A stretch of 61,055 bases of DNA from an uncultured Chitinophagales bacterium (GCA_964655225.1 CAZZMB010000001.1:37752-98806); one strand, 5' to 3'; counted from the stretch's first letter, positions 1 to 9,756 are shown. Program-made: numbers and translations. Notes: generated from the letters alone by a model not told the origin.

Positions 1-64
1 TTTACTTCACTTAAAACCTCACCTTCATTAATTGCTTTACATTCCGGTATTGCACGATTATCTA

Positions 65-1708
65 CTATTCAAAAATTATAGATTCTTTCTGGGCATACCA
101 GTTCAAGTAGCTGTCTCGATGGATTTTTTCAATACTATTTCGTTTAACTTTCATAGTTGGAGTTGTTAAGCCATTTTCGATATTCCAATCCGATTGCATA
201 ACGATTACTTTTTCAAGTTTTTCATGCTTTTCAAACATTGGGCAAACTTCGTTTAAGCTTATGGATAAACTAGCTGATAGTTCTTCTTTTGATTTCGAAA
301 GGCCCAATTCTGAACGAGTGATTAGAGCAATAGGCATGGGTAAACCTGTTCCCACAATGCAAATTTGTTCAATATCGGTGTTTTTTGAAAACTCTAATTC
401 AATAGGTGAGGGTGAAATGTATTTGCCTTTATCCGTTTTAAACTGGTCTTTTACTCGTCCAATAATGGTAAGGAAACCTTCTTGATCGTATTCACCACAA
501 TCCCCAGTTTTGAAGTAGCCTTCCTCATCAAAAACTTCTGCAGTTACTTCAGGATTTTTGTAGTACCCCTTAAACATACATTTATTCTTGATGCATATTT
601 CTCCTTCATTAGATAATTTAATTTGTACACCTGACCAAGGTTTCCCGACAGTTCCAATTTTAATTTCCTCAGGAAGGTTTTTGTGCGACAAAACACAATC
701 CTCAGTCATCCCATAAACTTCTAAAACAGTAATCCCAATTGTCTTATACCACTCAATAAGGCTGGCAGCCAATGGAGCCGCACCGGAAATACAATATTTT
801 GCACTACCCAACCCTAATTTTTCTTTTAATTTCTTCTTAATTATAGAATTTATAATAGGTATTTTTAAAAGTATGTTCAACTTGCTTTGTGGTAATTTTT
901 CGAGAATCTTTTCTTGAAATTTTGTCCATATTCTAGGCACGGCAAAAAACAAATGCGGCTCACACTCACCGAGGTTAGTGGCAAAAGTTGCTAAAGATTC
1001 TGCAAAGGTAAACTCCGCCCCTTTAAAGATGCCAAATGTTCCAATACCCATTCGCTCTGCCACATGTGCTAGAGGTAGGTATGAAAATAATCGAGGATGG
1101 TTATCTAGCTTTAGCTCTTTGCTGAAAATCTTTACACTTTCAGCAAAATTTCCAATACTATGCATTACACCTTTTGGTATTCCTGTAGTTCCTGAAGTGT
1201 ATATAATAGTATGCAAGTCGTCAAGATCAGGATTAGGCATTTCTTGGAGTGCTTTGCCATTTTTAACGATATCTTCCCACTGCTCGCCTTCTTGAATGCC
1301 AAATAAGCCGAGACCTACTTTAGCAATATTCGGAATTCCCCCTCTTTGTGGCTCAAAATTATCAAGCTTACCTATGATAATAGCTTTAGATTCACTGTGC
1401 AATAGCACTTGGTTTATACCTTCTGCATTTAAAGTAGGGTAGATAGGAATAGAAACATGATCAGCCATCATGATCGCTAAATCAGCCATAATCCAATGCC
1501 CACAATTTTTAGATAATAAGGCAATATGACTCCGTCTTGGTAAATTTAAAGACTTTAAGTAAGTGGCTATCTTTCGTACTTCTTGGCCTGCCTCTTCGAA
1601 GGTATAGTTAAGCACATCACCTTCAATGTGCTGTTTGAAGAAAATTCTATTGGGAGTTTGCAATTCCCAATGTAAAAAAGCATTTAAAGGAGTTTGTAGT
1701 TTGGTCAT
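65..1708 (-). CDS. Long-chain fatty-acid--CoA ligase (AMP-dependent synthetase/ligase, ANL superfamily)
   Basis: ORF 65..1777. AMP-binding signature IIYTSGTTGIPKGV, then GYYKNPE..GYFKTGD and C-terminal TPTMKVKR. Start moved to the internal ATG at 1708 (MTKLQTPLNAF) because the 23 upstream codons (MCLPLKIVLRKIFYYIYDL..) look like AT-rich non-coding sequence. Confidence 0.88.
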   Translation of the reverse strand: MTKLQTPLNAFLHWELQTPNRIFFKQHIEGDVLNYTFEEAGQEVRKIATYLKSLNLPRRSHIALLSKNCGHWIMADLAIMMADHVSIPIYPTLNAEGINQVLLHSESKAIIIGKLDNFEPQRGGIPNIAKVGLGLFGIQEGEQWEDIVKNGKALQEMPNPDLDDLHTIIYTSGTTGIPKGVMHSIGNFAESVKIFSKELKLDNHPRLFSYLPLAHVAERMGIGTFGIFKGAEFTFAESLATFATNLGECEPHLFFAVPRIWTKFQEKILEKLPQSKLNILLKIPIINSIIKKKLKEKLGLGSAKYCISGAAPLAASLIEWYKTIGITVLEVYGMTEDCVLSHKNLPEEIKIGTVGKPWSGVQIKLSNEGEICIKNKCMFKGYYKNPEVTAEVFDEEGYFKTGDCGEYDQEGFLTIIGRVKDQFKTDKGKYISPSPIELEFSKNTDIEQICIVGTGLPMPIALITRSELGLSKSKEELSASLSISLNEVCPMFEKHEKLEKVIVMQSDWNIENGLTTPTMKVKRNSIEKIHRDSYLNWYAQKESIIFE

Positions 1709-2109
1709 GGTTGGTGTATTTAAGTCATAAATATAATAAAAGATTTTTCGTAACACTATTTTCAATGGCAAGCACATGTGCAGTGGTGCTTATGAATGAT
1801 TGCTATCTAAACTATCTTATCTTTTACCTTATTTCTTTACTCTCTTTGTGCACTTGAGTTCTCAGTTGAGTTAATGATAATGCTCACATATATATAACAT
1901 TGGTTATGAAATTAAAAATATATGAAAATTATTCCAGTTTTATTTAAATAATAGCTTACTCTACCTATCATCATTAACTTTTACCGCTTTCTTTCAAACA
2001 TTTTGCATACAATAAACTACACTTCTTAAAATGATATGGATTTTTATCCGTTTAGATGTTGTCAATTCAAAAGAATAAACTGCATTTTTGTTGACGTAAA
2101 GTATACATC

Positions 2110-3096
2110 ATGGCCCAAAAACTTAAACTCGCCATCTTAACTGGTGGCTCATCTGCAGAATCGGAAGTCTCTTTAAAGAGTGCTCGGGTAGTCTTGGAAA
2201 ATTTAGATCCACAGAAGTACGATACACACTTTGTCGATATGTCATCCTTTCCTTGGCAAGTTAAAGATGCACAGGGAAAGCTTTATGATTTGGATTTAAA
2301 CACTTTCGGAATTGCAGGGATCAATCATCAATATGAGTTTGCCTTTTTGGCAATTCATGGCACACCAGCCGAAGATGGTAAAGTACAAGGATATTTGGAC
2401 TTAATGGGGGTTCCATATTCCTCATGCTCAGTGCTAGCTTCGGCAATAACCTTTGATAAAGATATCACTAAGCAATTACTCAAGGAAATAGCTATTCCCG
2501 TAGCTAAGTCTTTGTTGATCACAAAATCTAATGGATTGAATATTCAAGATGTTAATGATAAATTAACTTATCCTGTATTTGTTAAGCCCAATAAAAATGG
2601 CTCAAGTTATGGGATTTCTAAAGTTAAAGAAGCAAGCGCTTTTGAAGAGGCTTTATTTGATGCACTTAAATATGACGATGAAGTTCTCGTCGAAGAATTT
2701 ATAGATGGTCGAGAGTTGGCATGTGGTCTTATGGAGGACAAAGAAAAATTAGTGTGTTTTCCAATAACCGAAATTTCAACGGATAACGAATTTTTCGACT
2801 ATGAAGCTAAATATTTAGGTAAATCTAGAGAAGTTACGCCAGCACCCATAAGTGAGGAGCAAAAGAAGCGTTGTTTTGAATGGACCAAAAAAATTTATAG
2901 ACACTTAAAATTATCGGGAGCTGTGCGGGTAGATTATTTCTTAAAAGAGAATAAGTTCTACTTTTTAGAGGTCAATAGTATTCCTGGCCTATCAGCAGCG
3001 AGCTTATTGCCCCAACAAGCTATGGCTCATGGTCTTTCTTTAGCCGCATTCTTTGATAAGATAATCACAAATGCAATGCAGAAAGGAAACAATTAA
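2110..3096 (+). CDS. ddl: D-alanine--D-alanine ligase
   Basis: 328 aa. Motifs FLAIHGTPAEDGKVQGYLDLMGVPYSS, VFVKPNKNGSSYGISKV and YFLEVNSIPGLS, typical of the Ddl ATP-grasp fold. Confidence 0.93.
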   Translation: MAQKLKLAILTGGSSAESEVSLKSARVVLENLDPQKYDTHFVDMSSFPWQVKDAQGKLYDLDLNTFGIAGINHQYEFAFLAIHGTPAEDGKVQGYLDLMGVPYSSCSVLASAITFDKDITKQLLKEIAIPVAKSLLITKSNGLNIQDVNDKLTYPVFVKPNKNGSSYGISKVKEASAFEEALFDALKYDDEVLVEEFIDGRELACGLMEDKEKLVCFPITEISTDNEFFDYEAKYLGKSREVTPAPISEEQKKRCFEWTKKIYRHLKLSGAVRVDYFLKENKFYFLEVNSIPGLSAASLLPQQAMAHGLSLAAFFDKIITNAMQKGNN

Positions 3097-3142
3097 AGCC
3101 AATAAAACCCGTTTTACTCCTAATAAATAATATTTTTGCAGA

Positions 3143-4024
3143 ATGAAAGAATGGTTATCCTTTTTAATAAGTAAAACCTTGTGGAAACACTTAGGGCTTA
3201 TTTTGATTGCCTTTTTTGTTTTTGTACTTCTTTTGTTTAAATGGTTTGATTTTTACACTTTACATGGAGAGTCCTTAACCCTAAACGACTTAAATGAGCT
3301 TACTATTGAGCAAGCGATAGAAGTCCTGCAGGAAAAAGAATTGAATTATAATATTGTTGATTCGGCATCCTTTAATCCTAATTTCTTGTCGCATGCGGTT
3401 ATCCAGCAAGACCCGGCACCTAATTCTAAAGTGAAGAAAGGAAGAACAATTTATCTGTGGTTGAATGCAGGGGCGCCGCCTTTCAAAGCGATTCCTTGTT
3501 TAATGGGCAATGCGACCTTGGAGGAAGCATTTGATCGCTTACCTCAAGTGGGGTTCGACATAGGTGATATAGATTATATACCGATGGAGGAGTTAAAGGA
3601 AGGAAATCCAATTTTGGAAATGCTTATTGAAGATGAAGAAATAGTGTGTGGAGATAAAGCACAATATGGAACAAAAATCGATTTGATTGTAGGCGAAAAG
3701 GCAGGTGCTAACAAAGTTAAAGTGCCTCTGCTTTTAGGGAAAACATTGGCTGAAGCTAAGTTTTTATTGAATGCTGATTTAAATTTTGGAACTGTAATGT
3801 ATGAAGAGGATGGGCTTATAGATTCTTCAAGTGCGATTATTTACAAGCAGCTCCCTAATTACGGAAATGAGGCTATTCGTGTAGGAAGTACCATTGATAT
3901 TTGGTTGCAGCAAGATTTACCTGAATCGGTCAGTGAGCGTTTACAAACTATTAAAAATGACACCAGTGAAACGGGGTCTTTGATTGATGCAGTTCAAGAA
4001 ATAAACTATGTGGATGAAGAGTAG
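3143..4024 (+). CDS. PASTA-domain membrane protein (N-terminal TM helix plus about three PASTA-like repeats, no kinase or PBP domain)
   Basis: 293 aa. TM segment LGLILIAFFVFVLLLF followed by repeats of the PASTA pattern (LNDLNELTIEQAIEVLQEKEL..VIQQDPAPNSKVKKGRTIYLWL; VPLLLGKTLAEAKFLLNADLNFG). Located directly downstream of ddl. Confidence 0.72.
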   Translation: MKEWLSFLISKTLWKHLGLILIAFFVFVLLLFKWFDFYTLHGESLTLNDLNELTIEQAIEVLQEKELNYNIVDSASFNPNFLSHAVIQQDPAPNSKVKKGRTIYLWLNAGAPPFKAIPCLMGNATLEEAFDRLPQVGFDIGDIDYIPMEELKEGNPILEMLIEDEEIVCGDKAQYGTKIDLIVGEKAGANKVKVPLLLGKTLAEAKFLLNADLNFGTVMYEEDGLIDSSSAIIYKQLPNYGNEAIRVGSTIDIWLQQDLPESVSERLQTIKNDTSETGSLIDAVQEINYVDEE

Positions 4025-6266
4025 AGTCATTTTATTATTCCTAAATATTACCCTAATTAGTCTAAGTTTTGGTCAAAATGAGCGGTTAAGTCCCATTGGT
4101 CAAAATTCAAGCCTCCGACAATATGCTGGACAAGCTAAACTCAATTTTGTTTATGAAAATATAGTTCTTACTTCAGATACCTTGTCTTTGCCATTTATCG
4201 ATGAGTTTTCTGTTCCATCACTGCGGCCTTATGACTTTGCATTGACATCTATCTCTGACACCGCTCTTTTCGCAGCAGGTATTTGTATTGAGAATGGAGA
4301 TTTCACATTACAAACCGGATATTTTAATACTAATCCGAGTTTCACTTATTTTTATGACACCATCAATGATGTTGTCGATTCTGTGGTGAATGCTTCACTA
4401 AGTGTTGATTATTTTGGCGCTTCTACATGTTTTCCAACACCGTCAAATACATCGGTTTTTTGGCCCTTGGCGTATGCATTTACTTTCGATTCAATATCAG
4501 GTGCTAAATTGGACTCTGTTGCACTGCCTGCTGATAGCAGTTTTCAGTTTGCTTCTATTTATTTTGGAAGGCTTGATTCCAATGCTAAATGGATAGATAA
4601 TTATGCTTTTCAAAACACTACCTTCCCTGTTGATCCACCTACAATCGGCGTGGTAACCTTGGATGGCTTGAATGAATTTGGAAGACCGTATAATAATTCG
4701 GTTGTTAATCCGGTGGGGAATGCAGATGTATTGACATCCAAGCCAATTGATTTGAGTGACTTGATGAATGATAGTGCAGTTTTTATTAGCTTTTTTGTGC
4801 AAGCGCAGGGGAGGGGTGATTTACCCAACACTCCGGATTCATTGGTCCTAGAGTTTAAAAATGAATTTGGACAAGAGTGGGTTAAAGTGTGGGGTATAAA
4901 TATTGATGATATAGCGATAGATAAATTTAAGCAGTACTATGTAGAAGTTCGAGATACTAATTTAGTTGCTGGTCCGCGGTATTTCTATGAAGATTTTCAA
5001 TTTAGATTTAGAAACATTGCCAGCTTAAGTGGAAATAATGACCATTGGCACATTGACTATGTACGTTTAGATAAAAACCGATCATTGTCAGAACAAGATA
5101 CGGTCATACGAGATGTTGCTTTTTTATATGATTTCCCAAATACTTTAGCCAAATATAGCATGTTGCCTTGGAGTCAGTTTCAAGCAGGAGCCGATTCTTT
5201 TGCCAGTGAGATTAAAATTCCAATACGGGATAATGGACAAATCAATGGAGTTTCCGCGGGATCTTTCCCTATTGCAGTGCTTGTTACAGATTCCTTTGAT
5301 ACCGATACAGTTTTTGAGTTGAACGGATTAAATTTCAATCCAACCTCGGAAATAAAGAACCAAGTGTTTCTGCCGATTTCAGATTTTGTAAAACCTAATT
5401 TTCAAGGTGATTCGATTTGTTTGAATGCAGGAATGGGGATTTATCCTACGTCTAGAAATTTGATCATTAGTAATGATACTGCCTTTAGTCAAATTTGTTT
5501 CGATAAAGTGATGGCCTATGATGATGGTTCTGCGGAAAGAGCTTACGGCTTGAGTGGCAACCCCAATGAAGTCAAAAAATTTGCTTATAAATTTAATGTA
5601 GCTCATCCAGATACACTAGCCGCAATTCAGGTTCATTTCTCTAACATAGATGAGGACGTGAGTAATTTAGTGTTTAGTTTTTATGCTTGGGATAGTCTGG
5701 AGATTAACCAACCCTTGTCTTACGAAAATCAAATAGGGGTGATTGAAAATAAGAAGCCTAGCTATATTGATTTGGTCAATGGTTTTGTGACTTATGCTTT
5801 TGATACGCCTATATTAGTAACGGATGATTTCTATATTGGTTGGGCGCAAACCGATTCTAGAAATTTGCAAATTGGCTTTGATAAAAACAGTACGAAAGGA
5901 CGTGACAACATGTTTACTTATACAAGCAGTACATGGCGACCATCCACGATTACCCAGGAGGGTTCTCCTATGCTGCGCGCTGTTTTAGATGCAGATTTTG
6001 TTTTTGAACCACCCACAGGAATTCAGAGTGTATATTCAAACAGTGTTTTGGAAGTTTATCCAAACCCAAGTCATGATATCTTTAATATTTATTTACCAAA
6101 AGACGGTTATAAAAACTCACTTATGGTCTATGATCTTTCCGGCAATTTGATTTTGAATCAAATCAATAGTTTACAAGTTAATTTGAGTCAGTTTTCAAGT
6201 GGCATGTATCTGCTTCAAGTCAGCGTTGGCAATAATTTATACCGTTCTAAGTTAATCAAACGATAA
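4008..6266 (+). CDS. Secreted protein of unknown function with T9SS type-A C-terminal sorting domain
   Basis: 752 aa. Signal peptide (MKSRVILLFLNITLISLSFGQ). The C-terminal 72 aa carry the VYPNPS..MYLLQV..KLIKR pattern of Por/T9SS CTDs. The body has no motif I recognise except a MAM/LamG-like NDHWHIDYVRLD segment. The start could be ATG 4008 or 4014, and both overlap the end of the PASTA gene. Confidence 0.8.
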   Translation: MWMKSRVILLFLNITLISLSFGQNERLSPIGQNSSLRQYAGQAKLNFVYENIVLTSDTLSLPFIDEFSVPSLRPYDFALTSISDTALFAAGICIENGDFTLQTGYFNTNPSFTYFYDTINDVVDSVVNASLSVDYFGASTCFPTPSNTSVFWPLAYAFTFDSISGAKLDSVALPADSSFQFASIYFGRLDSNAKWIDNYAFQNTTFPVDPPTIGVVTLDGLNEFGRPYNNSVVNPVGNADVLTSKPIDLSDLMNDSAVFISFFVQAQGRGDLPNTPDSLVLEFKNEFGQEWVKVWGINIDDIAIDKFKQYYVEVRDTNLVAGPRYFYEDFQFRFRNIASLSGNNDHWHIDYVRLDKNRSLSEQDTVIRDVAFLYDFPNTLAKYSMLPWSQFQAGADSFASEIKIPIRDNGQINGVSAGSFPIAVLVTDSFDTDTVFELNGLNFNPTSEIKNQVFLPISDFVKPNFQGDSICLNAGMGIYPTSRNLIISNDTAFSQICFDKVMAYDDGSAERAYGLSGNPNEVKKFAYKFNVAHPDTLAAIQVHFSNIDEDVSNLVFSFYAWDSLEINQPLSYENQIGVIENKKPSYIDLVNGFVTYAFDTPILVTDDFYIGWAQTDSRNLQIGFDKNSTKGRDNMFTYTSSTWRPSTITQEGSPMLRAVLDADFVFEPPTGIQSVYSNSVLEVYPNPSHDIFNIYLPKDGYKNSLMVYDLSGNLILNQINSLQVNLSQFSSGMYLLQVSVGNNLYRSKLIKR
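6048..6263 (+). other. T9SS type-A C-terminal sorting domain (CTD) of the 752-aa protein
   Basis: LEVYPNPSHDIFNIYLP..VYDLSGNLIL..LSSGMYLLQVSVGNNLYRSKLIKR, the canonical Bacteroidota Por-secretion tail pattern. Confidence 0.8.
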
Positions 6267-6267
6267 T

Positions 6268-6669
6268 ATGAAATATCCCAGGGTAATAGTATTTGATGGA
6301 GTTTGTAATTTGTGCAATTTATCCGTTCAACGGGTGCTCAAGTATGATAAAAATGCTCACTTCTCATTTGCCTCCTTACAAGGTAAATTTGGACAAAACC
6401 TACTCAAACAAAAAGCATTAGACTCTAAGACATTCAATTCTTTTATCTTGCTCGAGGGTAATCAATTTTACACCCAATCTACTGCAGCTTTGCGGGTAGC
6501 TAAAAAAATGAGTTTCCCTTTTTTCTTATTTTATCCTTTTATTTTAGTTCCTAAATTTATTCGAGACACCATCTACGACTATATAGCCAATAATAGATAC
6601 AAATGGTTTGGAAAAACAGAATCGTGTATGATGCCGGATCCGGAGGTGCAGCAAAGATTTATTCCTTAA
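6268..6669 (+). CDS. DCC-family thiol-disulfide oxidoreductase (DUF393)
   Basis: 133 aa. N-terminal VFDGVCNLCN motif (the DxxCxxC of the DCC family). Starts 1 nt after the preceding stop. Confidence 0.75.
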   Translation: MKYPRVIVFDGVCNLCNLSVQRVLKYDKNAHFSFASLQGKFGQNLLKQKALDSKTFNSFILLEGNQFYTQSTAALRVAKKMSFPFFLFYPFILVPKFIRDTIYDYIANNRYKWFGKTESCMMPDPEVQQRFIP

Positions 6670-6678
6670 ATTCGGTCA

Positions 6679-7698
6679 ATGATTAAAAAGCTTAAATACC
6701 TCGTTATTGGATTATTCCTGTTAGGGTGCTTTATTTCATTTTATGCCTATTCGTTTTGCTTTGGGGTAAGCGTATATCAACAAACGGATTTTTATTTACC
6801 TACAGGGTCTACATATGAATCGCTTTTAGATACATTAGAAAAAGAAGACCTAATCAATAATAAAAGGTTTTTCTTGGTTCTGGCAGAGAAGATGAATCTA
6901 AAAAACAATATCTACCCTGGGTATTATTTAATTGAAGAAGGTACTTCAAACTATGAGCTCATCGCAATTCTTCGAGGAGGTATGCAGACACCTGTCAAAC
7001 TTGTCATTAATAATATAAACTTTAAGCAAGACTTAGCTGCGAAAATTGCCAGTCAAATTGAGCGGGATTCTTTGAGTATCTACTCGTTTCTTTTTGATGA
7101 AGAAAGGATAGCGGAGTTGGGGTATGAAGTGGACAATATCTCTTGCCTGTTTTTGCCAAATACTTACGAAGTTTATTGGAACCTGAGTGTAGAGTCTTTA
7201 ATGGCTAAATTTACTCAAGCGCATCAAAGCTTTTGGAATGAGAGTCGATTGCAACAAGCTGCCAATATAGGCTTGTCGAGTAATGAAGTTTTTATTTTAG
7301 CATCGATTGTGGAAAAGGAGTATAAGTATGCAAGCGAACGCAGAAGCATTGCTGGGGTCTACGTTAATCGCTTAAAGCTGGGGATGAAATTACAAGCTGA
7401 TCCTACGGTTAAGTTCGCTTTAGGTGATTTATCGATTAAACGGATATTGACAGCTCATACAGCGCACAATCATCGCTACAACACCTATTATCATGCGGAC
7501 TTACCACCTGGCCCTATTTGTCTACCTGAAACATCCACTATAGACGATGTCCTTGAAGCGGAGGAGCATAATTTCCTATATTTTTGTGCGAAAGCAGATT
7601 TATCAGGATATCATACCTTTACAAAAAGTTATAATGATCACCTTAAAGCGGCAAGATTGTATCATGCAGCTTTAAACAAACTGCGTATTTATGAGTAG
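6679..7698 (+). CDS. mltG: Endolytic murein transglycosylase MltG (YceG-like)
   Basis: 339 aa. N-terminal TM anchor, ILASIVEKEYKYASERRSIAGVYVNRLKLGMKLQADPTVKF and YNTYYHADLPPGPICLP, characteristic of the YceG/MltG family. Confidence 0.88.
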   Translation: MIKKLKYLVIGLFLLGCFISFYAYSFCFGVSVYQQTDFYLPTGSTYESLLDTLEKEDLINNKRFFLVLAEKMNLKNNIYPGYYLIEEGTSNYELIAILRGGMQTPVKLVINNINFKQDLAAKIASQIERDSLSIYSFLFDEERIAELGYEVDNISCLFLPNTYEVYWNLSVESLMAKFTQAHQSFWNESRLQQAANIGLSSNEVFILASIVEKEYKYASERRSIAGVYVNRLKLGMKLQADPTVKFALGDLSIKRILTAHTAHNHRYNTYYHADLPPGPICLPETSTIDDVLEAEEHNFLYFCAKADLSGYHTFTKSYNDHLKAARLYHAALNKLRIYE

Positions 7699-8104
7699 GG
7701 TAAGTGAAACCAGCGTTCGTGTTCGCTATGGAGAAACAGATCAAATGGGGTTTGTTTACTACGGCAATTACGCCTTATACCTTGAATTAGCTCGTACTGA
7801 ATTGATCCGTCAATCCGGTTGGAGCTATAAGCAATTGGAAGTGGAAGGAATTCAGTTGCCTGTGGTTAATTTAAATATGAAATACAGAAAACCTGCGGTT
7901 TATGACGATGTTCTTCATATTCGAACAAAAATTATAGGGGAAATAAATAGAAAGATTTGTTTCTATTCAGAAATATTTAATGCTCAAAACGAACTTTTGC
8001 TTAAAGGAGAAGTGGAGCTAGTTTTTATGGATAAACATCTGAAGAAAGTAATCAACTGCCCTGATTTACTAAAGGAGAAAATGAAACCCTTTCAATGGAG
8101 TTAA
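7691..8104 (+). CDS. Acyl-CoA thioesterase, YbgC/4HBT hot-dog family
   Basis: 137 aa. N-terminal VRVRYGETDQMGFVYYGNYALYLELAR (catalytic Asp region of the 4HBT/YbgC family). 8-nt overlap with mltG. Confidence 0.85.
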   Translation: MSRVSETSVRVRYGETDQMGFVYYGNYALYLELARTELIRQSGWSYKQLEVEGIQLPVVNLNMKYRKPAVYDDVLHIRTKIIGEINRKICFYSEIFNAQNELLLKGEVELVFMDKHLKKVINCPDLLKEKMKPFQWS

Positions 8105-9054
8105 AGAGGGACATAGAGATTTTTATACAAAATAATCCTGCTGCATTGAAGACGATCCGTTTTTTAAAGCAGTTTACGCTTCCAGGATTTGATAAGATAC
8201 CTGTGTTTATTGTGCTTAAGTTTATTGCCTCTGAATTGAGAAAGGATCTGATTCCAACACGAGCAAGGTCTATTGCTTATAGTTTTTTTATTGCATTCTT
8301 TCCAGGGATGATTTTCTTGCTAACCTTGTTGCCTTATATTCCTTTAGAGGGCGTTCAAGCACATTTTTTTTCTATCATTAATGAGGTCGTTCCTGATAAA
8401 GTAGTGAATTCATTTATTCTTACTACGGTGGACGACTTAATCAATCAACCCAGGGAGGGATTATTATCATTTGGAGCTTTATTGACCTTCTATTTTGCTA
8501 CGCAAGGGGTGGTCTCTATGATTTTATCCTTTAATAAAACCTATTCAATTTATACCGACAGAAATTTCTTAACCTTACGTTGGGTCGCCTTAAAGCTTAC
8601 TATTTTATTATTCTTCATGTTTGTTATCTCTATTGTTGTTCTTATTGCTGGGGAAGGTCTCATTAATTTGTTCTTAGGTTATGTTGAAATAAAGAGTTTT
8701 TGGGTAAATATTTTACTAAACGCCCTGCGGTATATTATAATTTTGATTCTGTTCTTTGTCTCTATCTCTACCATCTATTATTATGGTCCTTCGGTGAAGA
8801 AGAAGTGGAAGTTTGTAACGCCTGGTTCTAGTTTGGCAACTATTGGTTCAATAGTGGCTTCGGTTGTATTTTCCAATTACATCAATGGATTTGAAAAATA
8901 CAACACTATTTATGGCATTTTTGGGTCGATTATCTTGTTCTTAGGCTGGCTGTATTTGAATTCATTTGTTTTGCTTATCGGATTTGAGTTAAATGCCGCA
9001 ATTTATTATCAATCACATATTCTTAAGGAAGAGGAAGAGGAATTGATTGCTTAG
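8095..9054 (+). CDS. YihY/BrkB family inner-membrane protein
   Basis: 319 aa, about six hydrophobic helices. The N-terminal amphipathic region followed by ARSIAYSFFIAFFPGMIFLL matches the YihY/virulence factor BrkB family layout. 10-nt overlap with the preceding gene. Confidence 0.8.
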   Translation: MELKRDIEIFIQNNPAALKTIRFLKQFTLPGFDKIPVFIVLKFIASELRKDLIPTRARSIAYSFFIAFFPGMIFLLTLLPYIPLEGVQAHFFSIINEVVPDKVVNSFILTTVDDLINQPREGLLSFGALLTFYFATQGVVSMILSFNKTYSIYTDRNFLTLRWVALKLTILLFFMFVISIVVLIAGEGLINLFLGYVEIKSFWVNILLNALRYIIILILFFVSISTIYYYGPSVKKKWKFVTPGSSLATIGSIVASVVFSNYINGFEKYNTIYGIFGSIILFLGWLYLNSFVLLIGFELNAAIYYQSHILKEEEEELIA

Positions 9055-9153
9055 CACCTGTGGCTTCTATCTTCATATAGTTAGTGATGATTTTTTTTAT
9101 TTTTTTTTAGAGAAAAGTAAGCTTAAAATTAAAAAGCTTTTTACTTTTACATC

Positions 9154-9241
9154 GGAGAATTGGCAGAGTGGTCGAATGCGGCGGTCTTGAAAACCGTTGT
9201 ACTGTGAGGTACCGGGGGTTCGAATCCCTCATTCTCCGCCA
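9154..9241 (+). tRNA. tRNA-Ser (anticodon UGA), CCA encoded
   Basis: Hand-folded cloverleaf. Acceptor GGAGAAT/ATTCTCC. D arm GCA..TGC with an AGTGGTCGAA loop. Anticodon stem GCGGT/ACCGT with loop CT-TGA-AA. Long variable arm GTAC-TGTGAG-GTAC (class II tRNA). T arm GGGGG-TTCGAAT-CCCTC. Discriminator G plus CCA. Confidence 0.92.
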
Positions 9242-9279
9242 AAGCCTCTCCTCGAGAATATCGGGAAGAGGCTTTTTTA
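9242..9279 (+). terminator. Rho-independent terminator after tRNA-Ser
   Basis: Stem AAGCCTCT..AGAGGCTT (8 bp plus extra pairs) followed by TTTTTT. Confidence 0.7.
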
Positions 9280-9291
9280 TCCTTAGAACTC

Positions 9292-9756
9292 ATGGGAACG
9301 ATAAAAAAACCATTTCAGCGTGAATCGCACCTCAGAAGTATAATCAAAGGTTTTACTTGGCGAGTTATTGCCTTTTTAGATACCTTGGTAATGACAATGC
9401 TAGTAACATCGATTATCGATGGTAAACCGCACATTGAGGCTGGACTAGCTATAGCGGGATTTGAGTTTATAATTAAAATTGTCATCTATTATGGGCATGA
9501 GCGAGCTTGGCAAAGCGCATGGAAGGACGGAGTTTTTGCACAAAAGGAGACCTTGTTCAAAACAGCAACATGGCGAGTTTTAGCTACAACTACTACTTTT
9601 ATTATTTCAGGTAAAGTATTAGGTTCATTTGCAGGGGCAGCTCTTGGTATCGCTTTAGCGGAATCTGTGAGTAAATTTGCTTTCTTTTACCTGCATGAGC
9701 GCCTATGGTTAAAAGTTCCACTGGGAGCAGTTCGCGAGATTGTTCGAAAAAATTAA
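9292..9756 (+). CDS. DUF2061-type membrane protein (two tandem DUF2061-like halves)
   Basis: 154 aa. The signature K..TWRV(I/L)A..TT is repeated twice ([13 protein letters not shown] and [13 protein letters not shown]), each followed by hydrophobic helices. Family recalled from memory. Confidence 0.68.
   Translation: MGTIKKPFQRESHLRSIIKGFTWRVIAFLDTLVMTMLVTSIIDGKPHIEAGLAIAGFEFIIKIVIYYGHERAWQSAWKDGVFAQKETLFKTATWRVLATTTTFIISGKVLGSFAGAALGIALAESVSKFAFFYLHERLWLKVPLGAVREIVRKN

Noticed and set aside
1-64. Possible partial gene at the left edge (open minus-strand frame ..VDNRAIPECKAINEGEVLSEV) and at the right edge (61013..61055, minus-strand ..CEWVPPSKDFSLE-stop)
   Set aside because: Both fragments are under 22 codons, with no start (left) and no diagnostic motif. 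They cannot be supported from this window alone.
261-1295. Plus-strand ORFs 261..485 and 978..1295 inside the acyl-CoA ligase gene
   Set aside because: They are antisense to a gene with clear AMP-binding motifs, and I see no independent coding signature.
3131-3138. TATTTTTG box 4 nt before the PASTA-gene ATG
   Set aside because: It matches the -7 consensus, but the spacing would place the transcription start inside or after the start codon. It is more likely a chance match in an AT-rich spacer, or the gene is read from the ddl transcript.
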